Shown here piece by piece: positions 45,143-53,235 of a DNA stretch of 64,000 nucleotides; position 1 is the stretch's first letter; each line of letters opens with the position of its first letter. The notes beneath the pieces were generated by a model that saw nothing but the letters and a program-made list of their open reading frames with translations, was not told the origin of the DNA and did no database searches. The DNA lies in IMG/VR virus record IMGVR_UViG_3300006115_000009, positions 1 through 64,000 of that record; one strand, given 5' to 3'. This DNA comes from a virus. Lineage: Duplodnaviria; Caudoviricetes. A program made the position numbers and the translations under genes.

Positions 45143-45585
45143 AGACGACCGTTCTTCTTAGGGTCTACTCCATCGGTGAGGTCGAGGATGTAGTCGATTG
45201 CATCCTGTACTCCTGCGAAGTATTCTCCGCTGCCTTCGTGCCTGTCCTGTAGTGACTGGAGGAGTTCGACTGTGTTCTCTAGGTCCTCGATACTGAAACG
45301 TGGTTGACGCCGCGGGTCCAAGGCGGTTTCGTTCCCCCCCAAAAATTTTTTGAAGGGCTCGATATCGAAGGTGTCAACCTCTTTTTGAATCTTCTGAAGC
45401 GCACCGAGTTGCTCGACAACGCTGCGAATGCTCTCAACCTCGTCGTTAAAGTGAGCGAAGTTCTTGTTAACGTCGTCAAAGTTGGCGTTTACACCATCAA
45501 ATGCGGTGTGCAGGCTCTCGATAATGTTGTGGCAGACCGTTTCTAACTCGAGAACCTTGGCCTCTAGGCGCTTATTCTTCCTCAT
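45139..45585 (-). CDS. Hypothetical coiled-coil protein
   Basis: 148 aa, coupled run. Confidence 0.65.
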   Translation of the reverse strand: MRKNKRLEAKVLELETVCHNIIESLHTAFDGVNANFDDVNKNFAHFNDEVESIRSVVEQLGALQKIQKEVDTFDIEPFKKFLGGNETALDPRRQPRFSIEDLENTVELLQSLQDRHEGSGEYFAGVQDAIDYILDLTDGVDPKKNGRL

Positions 45586-45778
45586 TGCTAATTCCTTCGC
45601 TCTGGTTTAGGTACTGCTGGATGAATTCGTCGAAGGCGGCCACAACTTCAACGCGGTGCTCGTTGTTTTCCGCGATGTTTTGGGCGTCAAAGCCTTCGAT
45701 AACTGCCGCCAAAGCGCCCAGAATGATGGACGACTCCTGTTTGGTGATGTGATAGACGTACTTTTCGTCTTGACTCAT
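45572..45778 (-). CDS. Hypothetical protein
   Basis: 68 aa, coupled. Confidence 0.6.
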   Translation of the reverse strand: MSQDEKYVYHITKQESSIILGALAAVIEGFDAQNIAENNEHRVEVVAAFDEFIQQYLNQSEGISNEEE

Positions 45779-45960
45779 TGGAATAGTCCTGTCTGCTTGC
45801 GGATTAAATTGCTGGTTGTTTTGTTTACTTCAAAAAGGCTCTTGGTAACCGGGTCAATCTTGTACTCGTCCATCTGGTCAAGCATTGTGCCGGTGGTCTC
45901 CAAAGACCCTAGGACCATCATAACTTGCTCGTGGTCCAAAGTAATGGTGTATTGAGTCAT
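45775..45960 (-). CDS. Hypothetical protein
   Basis: 61 aa, coupled. Confidence 0.6.
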   Translation of the reverse strand: MTQYTITLDHEQVMMVLGSLETTGTMLDQMDEYKIDPVTKSLFEVNKTTSNLIRKQTGLFQ

Positions 45961-45962
45961 CG

Positions 45963-46106
45963 CTACTTCTTCCGACGAAGAACGGTCGCGACAAACTTAC
46001 CCTTTTGGAAGTAGCCCTGCTTGACTCCCTTGCGCCACATTCGAATGAAATTCAGTAGCAACGCAATTGCTAAGGCTGGGAATAAGAACACTAACACTGC
46101 ACTCAT
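45963..46106 (-). CDS. 47-aa single-TM protein
   Basis: GAGG RBS; MSAVLVFLFPALAIALLLNF... Confidence 0.6.
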   Translation of the reverse strand: MSAVLVFLFPALAIALLLNFIRMWRKGVKQGYFQKGKFVATVLRRKK

Positions 46107-46319
46107 TGTTTCCTCTTTTCCGGGGATTTCCCCCGCCAAAAATGTTACCACTAATACGCCGTAAAAGTCAACTATCATGCCGACTTTTTGAAAGTACCAT
46201 GACATGCGCCGGTACCCCATAGCCCAGAAGTTATATTCCCTGGTCACAAGGGGTGCGCAAAAGTACCCGAAAAGTACCCGCAGGGTATACTTTGACGTAC
46301 CTGCTACAATATTTTTGTA

Positions 46320-46393
46320 GCCCTTGTAACTCAGTTGGCCAGAGTACCACCCTTGTAATGTGGGAGTCGGCGGTTCGAATCCGTCCGGGGGCA
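46320..46393 (+). tRNA. tRNA-Thr(UGU)
   Basis: GCCCTTG/CGGGGGC acceptor stem, loop CTTGTAA, GGTTCGAAT; one mismatch in anticodon stem. Confidence 0.85.
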
Positions 46394-46445
46394 CGTTTTA
46401 AGTTCTGGTAGTCAATGCCGGAGAGATGTGCGCACAACATTGACG

Positions 46446-46533
46446 GGAAGCGTGGCAGAGCGGCCGATTGCGTCAGTCTTGAAAACTGAAGGGTGTCATA
46501 GCCCCGTGAGTTCAAATCTCACCGCTTCCTCCA
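46446..46533 (+). tRNA. tRNA-Ser(UGA)
   Basis: GGAAGCG/CGCTTCC, TCAGT-CTTGAAA-ACTGA, long variable arm, CCA. Confidence 0.93.
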
Positions 46534-46534
46534 T

Positions 46535-46619
46535 GGAGTTGTGGCTGAGAGGCTAAAGGCACCGGTTTGCTAAACCGGCAGCGGTCCGCCGCTCGTAGGT
46601 TCGAATCCTACCAACTCCG
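46535..46619 (+). tRNA. tRNA-Ser(GCU)
   Basis: GGAGTTG/CAACTCC, CCGGT-TTGCTAA-ACCGG, variable arm. Confidence 0.92.
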
Positions 46620-46858
46620 CCCAAATCTGTTAGGGAAATACAAAACCCCCGGGCATGACTCCGGGGGTCCTGTGGCGGGTTAGCCTCGAGGGTGCAACCT
46701 TGTACTCAACCTGTTGACGCAGAGGGCTCTCTAGTCTTTTGCACCGTCTAGAGGATTAATGCCAGTCGTTGTCAAGCCGCTGTAAATTATCTTAGCACAT
46801 CCATCGCGGTCGTGCCAAGTTCCCTCGGGAACCCACTCGCCGCAACTGGGGCACATCA

Positions 46859-47017
46859 TTACTTGACGGCCTCAATCATAAACTTCATATCTTGAAGCGC
46901 CATGGCGTAGCCACGCTCGTATGAATCCTTTGCGTGATTCTGCGAGCCCAACCGGCTCATTGACTCGCGCAGTGCGACTTCAATCCGTGACTCAACTAAG
47001 TTCAGTTTCCTGCCCAT
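46859..47017 (-). CDS. 52-aa protein
   Basis: AGGAG RBS; MGRKLNLVESRIEVALRES... Confidence 0.55.
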   Translation of the reverse strand: MGRKLNLVESRIEVALRESMSRLGSQNHAKDSYERGYAMALQDMKFMIEAVK

Positions 47018-47670
47018 TTAACTATCTCCTTTATCGGTGTAATGCGATTTGCTGGCACTGCCATCCTACGCCTGTCGTTGTTGTACGGCGTGCCTAGGTG
47101 CCACAGTTCGGCTGCGTTTCCCCCGCCCAAAATTCTGACAGTGGTGTGTTGGTGGCGCTTTGTCGGCGCACAATAGTTACACTCGCAACCATACGGCTCG
47201 CCAAGTTTACTCTCAACCCATAGAACAAGTCGGCCAGCCTCGGCGTCTTTTAGGTCAACCGGCATGTTCTTACCAGAACGTCGCCATTTAATCTCTAGTT
47301 CTCGTGAACTCCACAGGCCATCCGGCAGTTCGCTGTAAAGTGAGTGGTCCTCAGCGGGCCATACTCCGGAGTAACAATAAGCGCCTAATACCTTGCATGC
47401 CCCGATTTCGGCCGCTGCGGCGTGGATGTTGGCCAATCCGTTATCGGCCATAAGTTTGCTGGCATCATAAGAAACACGGTCAGACTTGCCTTCGTTCTGC
47501 TCCGTTCGACCGATGCCTACGCGCTTGGCAAGGTCGTCTTCCCAGGGAAGCAAGAACGTCCATAGCGATTCGTTTTGCAGGGCCTCTATATCCACGTTAA
47601 TTATCGTAACACAAACAGAAGACCCCCGCCACATTTCTGCGACGGGGGCTCTTCTGCGAAAGGAGGGCAA
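47002..47670 (-). CDS. Hypothetical protein (possible nuclease-like fold)
   Basis: 'AAAEIGACKVLG', 'ELEIKW'; true start probably downstream of 47670. Confidence 0.55.
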   Translation of the reverse strand: MPSFRRRAPVAEMWRGSSVCVTIINVDIEALQNESLWTFLLPWEDDLAKRVGIGRTEQNEGKSDRVSYDASKLMADNGLANIHAAAAEIGACKVLGAYCYSGVWPAEDHSLYSELPDGLWSSRELEIKWRRSGKNMPVDLKDAEAGRLVLWVESKLGEPYGCECNYCAPTKRHQHTTVRILGGGNAAELWHLGTPYNNDRRRMAVPANRITPIKEIVKWAGN

Positions 47671-47777
47671 TGCAAGATGAAGAACAGGTTGGTGGGCTCT
47701 TCGTTAAATAGTATAGCAACTGGAGTTGCGCCAATTCAACTATTTGCGCTAATATTTTTGAAGGAAAGGGGAAACAC

Positions 47778-48116
47778 GTGTTTCTTGTGAAGAAGATGGT
47801 TAAAGAGATGGACACGCTCGAGTTTGAGTTGTTGTTCCCGGACAAGATTGAAATGCTTTCGGGATACTATTTCGAGATGAACGAGGTCTTTAAGAACGGG
47901 AATTGGGAGGGCGTCATCGTCATGCCCGACGGCAGAGAGATTGAGATGATTTACTTTGCCGACTCCGGGAAGACTAAGTACGAAAAGAACGATGCCTACT
48001 ACGACTTTGTTGAAGAGGCCAAGAAGATTTATCCGCTTGACAGTTGCGCCATTGACACCATGTCTGCGCTGCTGGTAATGATTTACTCCAACATTTGGGA
48101 AGAAGTTGAAGACTAA
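47778..48116 (+). CDS. Acidic hypothetical protein
   Basis: AT-rich insert, opposite strand to flanks. Confidence 0.65.
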   Translation: MFLVKKMVKEMDTLEFELLFPDKIEMLSGYYFEMNEVFKNGNWEGVIVMPDGREIEMIYFADSGKTKYEKNDAYYDFVEEAKKIYPLDSCAIDTMSALLVMIYSNIWEEVED

Positions 48117-48595
48117 TGCACTTTTTCGAAACTGAGGGTAAATGGACTATTGCCCTTTACGAAAAAAGGTTTCGGGTCTATAACGAAATAGGCGTTTTCT
48201 TTGAGGAAAATAACGTTTTGCCGGAAGAGGCTTTTGAAGCCTTTAGCGAAATTGTTTCCGCGTCCCCGCCTTTTCAAGCAGTGGAATACTTGGCCGATTC
48301 GTTGCCGCTGGAAGAAGGCGAACGCACCCCAGAGTACGAGTTGCGTTTGATTGACCCTAACAGCAGGGTTGTGGCCACTGTTTTGTGGGACCACTCGGTT
48401 GTTAAGGAATGCCTGGACCATTACCTTGCCCTTGAAACAAAGCAGTACGACGTTAGGGCCAAGATAAGTTTGACGCTTGAGGAAGCAGAAATAGACCCAG
48501 AATTGTGGGATTGGGAAACACTTGTTTTATCAGGTCGGGTTAAAGTATGCTTTGTAGAGGCGGAACTCGTACCGAAAGAAGAGGCCAGTGAATAG
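48116..48595 (+). CDS. Acidic hypothetical protein
   Basis: TAATG coupling; Glu-rich. Confidence 0.7.
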   Translation: MHFFETEGKWTIALYEKRFRVYNEIGVFFEENNVLPEEAFEAFSEIVSASPPFQAVEYLADSLPLEEGERTPEYELRLIDPNSRVVATVLWDHSVVKECLDHYLALETKQYDVRAKISLTLEEAEIDPELWDWETLVLSGRVKVCFVEAELVPKEEASE

Positions 48596-48743
48596 ATTCA
48601 TCTGCCCTAAGTGCAAACTTGTAGTAGATGCTATTGCAAGTTCCGCCGCTCACAAATGCCCATCCAACAAAAGTTTGATGACGGCGTTTGAATTGGCTGG
48701 CCCTGCACCATCAAAAAGAAAAAAAGAAGTAGACTAGATTCAG

Positions 48744-48777
48744 AGCGGGGTAGGCCCAGGAACGAACCTACCCCGCT
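48744..48777. terminator. Bidirectional terminator-like hairpin between convergent genes
   Basis: AGCGGGGTAGG...CCTACCCCGCT. Confidence 0.7.
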
Positions 48778-48780
48778 TTG

Positions 48781-49485
48781 TTAATCTACAACGTCGGCGT
48801 CAATAACGCCAAGAGCCCAAGACGGCTCCATTGCTCCGCCTAGTTCGGACATTCGCTCAGCGAACATCCGTCGGGCTTGACTAATCTGACCTTCGGACAA
48901 CTTAAGGTCCTTGCTAAGAATGATGGCCATAAACGCAGCGCCAACAAGATTGGCCTGATGTTCTTCAAGTTCAATCACTCGCTTGCGCAAGTCGTACTTC
49001 AGCATGAATTCGAGTGCGCCTTGATAACGCTCCCACGCACGCTCAACAATTTCAATCAGCGCGCGCACGTGTTCTACGCCGGCTTTGTCGGTCACCTCAA
49101 GAATACCGTTGAGTTCGCCCAACTTTTGCTCAAGCGCAACAGACCACGCTTTCATCTTTGACGCAAGTTGAAGCGCCTCGATTTCTGGCGGCCCCAAAGG
49201 TTCCGGCTCACCAAGTTGCTCAGCAATGGTGGCCAGTTCTTTTTTCATAACTTTTTGGACAGCACCCTTGACGTGATTGGGCGCATTGCCAAAGTGCCAC
49301 TTACACGTACCCTCACCAAAGTGATTGGTGCCCATGCCGGCGGTCTTCACGCAATAGCGGTCAATGCCAAGTTCCTTGAGTTCCTTGTTGCGGAGTTTTG
49401 CTCCGCACTTGCCTTCTTGGGGTGATTCACTACCGGGGATTTTTGTTTCCGGATAGTGCTCAGCCCAAAGTTCTTCGTGAGTCAT
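48781..49485 (-). CDS. terS: Probable terminase small subunit (HGGxSTG-like Zn knuckle)
   Basis: 'CGAKLR...YCVKTAGMGTNHFGEGTCKWHFG' followed by helical region, like actinophage small terminases. Confidence 0.65.
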   Translation of the reverse strand: MTHEELWAEHYPETKIPGSESPQEGKCGAKLRNKELKELGIDRYCVKTAGMGTNHFGEGTCKWHFGNAPNHVKGAVQKVMKKELATIAEQLGEPEPLGPPEIEALQLASKMKAWSVALEQKLGELNGILEVTDKAGVEHVRALIEIVERAWERYQGALEFMLKYDLRKRVIELEEHQANLVGAAFMAIILSKDLKLSEGQISQARRMFAERMSELGGAMEPSWALGVIDADVVD

Positions 49486-49599
49486 TAGTCCCTCGGATTC
49501 AAACGGAACTCAACAACCTTGCCGGTTCGGTCAATCTTGTCTTTTGAGTACTCCCAAATTTTGGGGGCCACAATTTCTTTGAAAAAAGATTTCTTCATT

Positions 49600-49968
49600 T
49601 CATACTTTCTGTTTTGCTCGACGACTCTGCAAGCATTCTTTGCAGGCCGCTTGACCGCGTTTGCGGTGCATGTGATAACCACGCGTCGTTCCGTGAGGAA
49701 TGTCGGGGTCTTGAATTGGCTTGAAGTATGCGTTCATCAAACGCTCGGGCGTAGGCTTGGGGAAGCCTGCTTTTTTGCGCAATACTTGTCGCTCGTCTGG
49801 CGTGGTGCCCGCCCAAATGTCGTATTCCTCATGCTCGATAGCGTGCTTCAAGCATTCTTCCCGCACCGGGCAGGCACCACACAGACTTGCTATTTCGGGG
49901 GTAACTTCCTTAACCAGAAAGTTAACGCCAGAATCACGACAAATGGCTTTCTTGGCCCAACCCCACAT
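49600..49968 (-). CDS. whiB: WhiB-family transcription factor with HGT..C..C extension
   Basis: 'WAKKAICRD', 'LCGACPVREECLKHA', 'IWAGTTPDER'. Confidence 0.88.
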   Translation of the reverse strand: MWGWAKKAICRDSGVNFLVKEVTPEIASLCGACPVREECLKHAIEHEEYDIWAGTTPDERQVLRKKAGFPKPTPERLMNAYFKPIQDPDIPHGTTRGYHMHRKRGQAACKECLQSRRAKQKV

Positions 49969-50186
49969 TATTCAACATCCTCATTGAACCACCAACCGGG
50001 CAATTCCCAGTCAGATGGAGTGCCCAAACGGACAACAACTTGGCAAGGGTCACCACCCTCTTCCCAAGCCCGCTCCTCCGTTTCGTGCATTGGCATTCCA
50101 TCGTGGACGCAACACACCGGGGCGGAGCAAAAGCCGTTTTCGACTCCAAACTGCAACCACTCTTCGTAATTCATCTTTTCCCTCAT
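49968..50186 (-). CDS. Phage hypothetical protein (GFCSAPVCCVHDG...GGDPC)
   Basis: 72 aa, coupled. Confidence 0.65.
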   Translation of the reverse strand: MREKMNYEEWLQFGVENGFCSAPVCCVHDGMPMHETEERAWEEGGDPCQVVVRLGTPSDWELPGWWFNEDVE

Positions 50187-50189
50187 TTC

Positions 50190-50597
50190 TTAGCAGTCAC
50201 CCCTCCACTCGGGGTTAAAGCCATTGTTCCTATCATAGTAGTAAGCGGCTACTTTAAACTGCTCGCTCACCGTTGCTTGTTGCGCGTACATTGTACGTAT
50301 GTGCAACTGACCTGCGGCGTACTGCCAGATGTACGGGACAAACTGGAATATGCCACCTGCGCCACTTGACGGATTGTAATCCGTCGTGTTCAACTTGGTC
50401 GGGGTTGAACGTGACTCCACCCACATTATGCACGTAAATCCCTGGCGACTTGTTGCTGGAAGCATTGTCATTGGGCTTACGTGGTGAACGCGGGGTACTG
50501 CTTTTGTTGTGTTGATAATGTGATGCTTTTCTACGCCGGTGGCGCTTGGAGCAAAAACTAACGAACTTACAACAGCCAAAGTGGTTAAGAACTTCAT
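50190..50597 (-). CDS. Secreted Rpf/transglycosylase-like protein
   Basis: Signal peptide; 'C...ES', 'GAGGIFQF', 'W...A.QAT..EQ..VA', terminal W..C. Confidence 0.78.
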   Translation of the reverse strand: MKFLTTLAVVSSLVFAPSATGVEKHHIINTTKAVPRVHHVSPMTMLPATSRQGFTCIMWVESRSTPTKLNTTDYNPSSGAGGIFQFVPYIWQYAAGQLHIRTMYAQQATVSEQFKVAAYYYDRNNGFNPEWRGDC

Positions 50598-50607
50598 CAG
50601 TTCCCTT

Positions 50608-51108
50608 CTACTTAGCGACGCAATGAATACTTTTCACTGGTCCCATTACAGACGGAACATACTTGGCTGCAATTTCCACAGCCTTCGTAAGTTCTGCCTC
50701 GCCAATACGTCGACACGACTCGAGATACCCGAGCGCGTACGGCGCACCTGAACCAATGGCCATAAATGGCCGGTCGTACTCAATGATGGCGAAATCACTG
50801 TGCACTATGGTTATCGGTCTGTTCGGCCACACAAGCAGGACTTCACTGCTCTTAACGGCTTCTTCTTCGCCCTTCATGTTGCGAAGTGCTTCTACGACCA
50901 TTTTACCACCGCAACGTCGCTTTTGCAAGGAGTTAAGGACATTAATTACGCGCCACGAACCGGCGGTGCCAATTGCTCCATTACCCGCGTGTTTAACGGC
51001 TTTTGGCGTAGATGACACCATAATCGACGAACCGTCTTCCGTCATTGCGGCGGAATCTGATACCATCCACGACTCTCGGCTGTTTGTGTAAGCGATAACT
51101 ACGGTCAT
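50608..51108 (-). CDS. Ntn-hydrolase peptidase (HslV/proteasome-beta-like)
   Basis: Start M-T(1)VVIA, 'SDS', 'PK', 'GTAG', 'AIGSGAPYALGYL'. Confidence 0.82.
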   Translation of the reverse strand: MTVVIAYTNSRESWMVSDSAAMTEDGSSIMVSSTPKAVKHAGNGAIGTAGSWRVINVLNSLQKRRCGGKMVVEALRNMKGEEEAVKSSEVLLVWPNRPITIVHSDFAIIEYDRPFMAIGSGAPYALGYLESCRRIGEAELTKAVEIAAKYVPSVMGPVKSIHCVAK

Positions 51109-52331
51109 TAGAGACCCCCATCCCATACTCCTTCAACGAGCCAAGTCTTGTCTCGCATGATACGGTCAGGCCACGAAACGCCCTGAAGTCGGTCGCCACG
51201 GTAACGGCGAACGTGCATCGTGGTTGGGTCACGGCCATCCTTGTACAACGAAATGCCTACTTCGGGCCACGCCATCCAACGCTGAGAGCCCATCGGAGAC
51301 AACTCGCGTCGCTCGCCGGCCTTACCCTTGGCCGCGTGGTGCTCCATAATCAAAGCAAAACCATACTTGGTGCGCAGTTCGTCAAGAACGGCCATCGCTT
51401 CGTCGGCCGAGTCTTCGTACGATTCGTTTGCTCCACGGCGGTACATCTTGTAGATAGGTCCGATACAGACCAACTGTGGCCGATGGAAAGCAATCTCACG
51501 CTGAATCTCACTACGAGCCGCAAGCGTACGAATGTCGATACCGGCGGGTCGTCGGAAGAACCGCAGTCGCTCAGGGTCAAAGTCGTGCGTGCCAAATGCC
51601 TCACTGCGAGAGCGGAGCATGTCCATATACGGAACGGCGGTCTGCGTAATTGCCTGCGTAGGGTTCTCGAGGTCGATAACCAAAGCGCGCACCGGCTCAA
51701 TACGCTGGTGACTGAATGGGTGGTAGCCCTGCGACGCGGCCATTGCGATGGTACGCAAGAGCAACGACTTACCGCTACCTTCTTCGGCCACCACAATTGT
51801 GCGGTAATCCGTGTTCATCATGCCGGGGATAACCACCGGTGCAATGGCGTCGGCGTTCGCTTCCAGTTCGTACAGAGTCATTGACTCCGGACCGCCAGCG
51901 TTTATGTTGCCGATGCTGTTAATGAACTTCTCTACCGAGTTTGCCCTATCGAATGGGTCGCCACCGGAACGAATGTCATCGACGGCGCTCTCCAGTTCCT
52001 TGCTCATCGAACGAGCAACGCTGTGCTTGTAGACAATCTCCGCGTAGTTCACAACCGAGTTGGAGTTGGGAACGTCCATACTGGCGCTGATTAGATAACT
52101 AACGTCATCCGAGTTGCCGGTAATGTCGGCGATGGTAATGGGGTCAACGACCTTGCCCTCGCCGGCCAACTTGACCATTGCGCGGAAGATTGATGCGTTG
52201 CGGGGGCTGTAGAAGTCAGTCTCTACAATCACCCCGCCCGCTTCGTACACGTTGTCCTTGTTCATAATGATTGAACCAAGCACACTTCTCTCGGCAACCA
52301 AATCGTGCGGAATCTTTAACTCGCCCACCAA
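51108..52331 (-). CDS. Replicative helicase: DnaB N-terminal domain plus AAA_25/RecA-like ATPase
   Basis: 'PHDLVAERSVLGSII', 'DFYSPRNASIF', Walker A 'AEEGSGKS'. Confidence 0.85.
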   Translation of the reverse strand: MVGELKIPHDLVAERSVLGSIIMNKDNVYEAGGVIVETDFYSPRNASIFRAMVKLAGEGKVVDPITIADITGNSDDVSYLISASMDVPNSNSVVNYAEIVYKHSVARSMSKELESAVDDIRSGGDPFDRANSVEKFINSIGNINAGGPESMTLYELEANADAIAPVVIPGMMNTDYRTIVVAEEGSGKSLLLRTIAMAASQGYHPFSHQRIEPVRALVIDLENPTQAITQTAVPYMDMLRSRSEAFGTHDFDPERLRFFRRPAGIDIRTLAARSEIQREIAFHRPQLVCIGPIYKMYRRGANESYEDSADEAMAVLDELRTKYGFALIMEHHAAKGKAGERRELSPMGSQRWMAWPEVGISLYKDGRDPTTMHVRRYRGDRLQGVSWPDRIMRDKTWLVEGVWDGGL

Positions 52332-52341
52332 CTTTTCCTTT

Positions 52342-53235
52342 CTATTCGCTTACGTACTTGCGCTTACCGCTAGCCGTATCCAACTCGTATGGGGCCCCAT
52401 TCGCATCTACCAACTGCCCCATTGAGTTGACAGGACGATTGTAGCCATGCTTGGCGGGGTTGTCAATAAGAACTTTTCCATTCTTGTCGGCCCACTTGCC
52501 GGAGCGGTCGTAATCGTCGTAAATATTCGCTGATACGCGGTCTTCGATGCTCATCTTTTCGACCACCGGCAGGTAATCACGCCAGCGTTCGTCTGGGCCA
52601 AAAAAGGTAGCGCCGTGAAGAGTAAACGCTTCTTCCTTGCCCTCACGTTGCTTGGCGTACTCGGCCACTGCGTTAATCAAATCGCAGACAGACACGCCAC
52701 GCTTCACTGTTGCGCAGTACGCCTTGTAGGCACCGCCCTTGTTGATGCGACGCGGGTATACCTTCCACACCTCGTCGAAGTCTGCCGTGTAATCAACCTT
52801 CTTGTTTTTGCGCTTCGTCGCAGAAACTTCAGAGTTAGTTGTGGTTCCTTCTTTTGTGGTTCCTTCATGTGTCCGCACCGGTGCGGCTAGGGTGGCCGCA
52901 ACCATGCGGCTAGGTGGGGGCACCTGTGCGGCTACCTGGAGGCCAAGGTGCGGCCACACGTAGTAAAGCGAACTGCTGTACGAACCGTCTTCCCGCTGTC
53001 GACGTTCAATGTTGATGGCACCAATGTCAACTAGTTCCTTAAGTGCTCGGTCAAGGCTGTCAACTGAGCAGTTAATCCGCCCAGCCATAGTCGTACGTGA
53101 TGGCCACGCTGAATCGTTGGCACCCACATAGCGAGACAGGATGCTAAAAACACGCACAGCCCGGTCGCTAATCTCGGCGTCCAAAACCCACTCGGGGACA
53201 ACGGCGTACCGATACCCAATTACTTCGTCGTTCAT
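52342..53235 (-). CDS. Replication initiator (N-terminal winged HTH)
   Basis: 'AWPSRTTMAGRINCSVDSLDRALKEL', 'FDEVWKVYPRR', 'HGATFFGPDERW'. Confidence 0.82.
   Translation of the reverse strand: MNDEVIGYRYAVVPEWVLDAEISDRAVRVFSILSRYVGANDSAWPSRTTMAGRINCSVDSLDRALKELVDIGAINIERRQREDGSYSSSLYYVWPHLGLQVAAQVPPPSRMVAATLAAPVRTHEGTTKEGTTTNSEVSATKRKNKKVDYTADFDEVWKVYPRRINKGGAYKAYCATVKRGVSVCDLINAVAEYAKQREGKEEAFTLHGATFFGPDERWRDYLPVVEKMSIEDRVSANIYDDYDRSGKWADKNGKVLIDNPAKHGYNRPVNSMGQLVDANGAPYELDTASGKRKYVSE

Noticed and set aside
46680-46760. GGTGCAA/TTGCACC stem as an ncRNA
   Set aside because: Overlaps the end of a plausible 42-aa minus-strand ORF (MMCPSCGEW...) and has no independent support.
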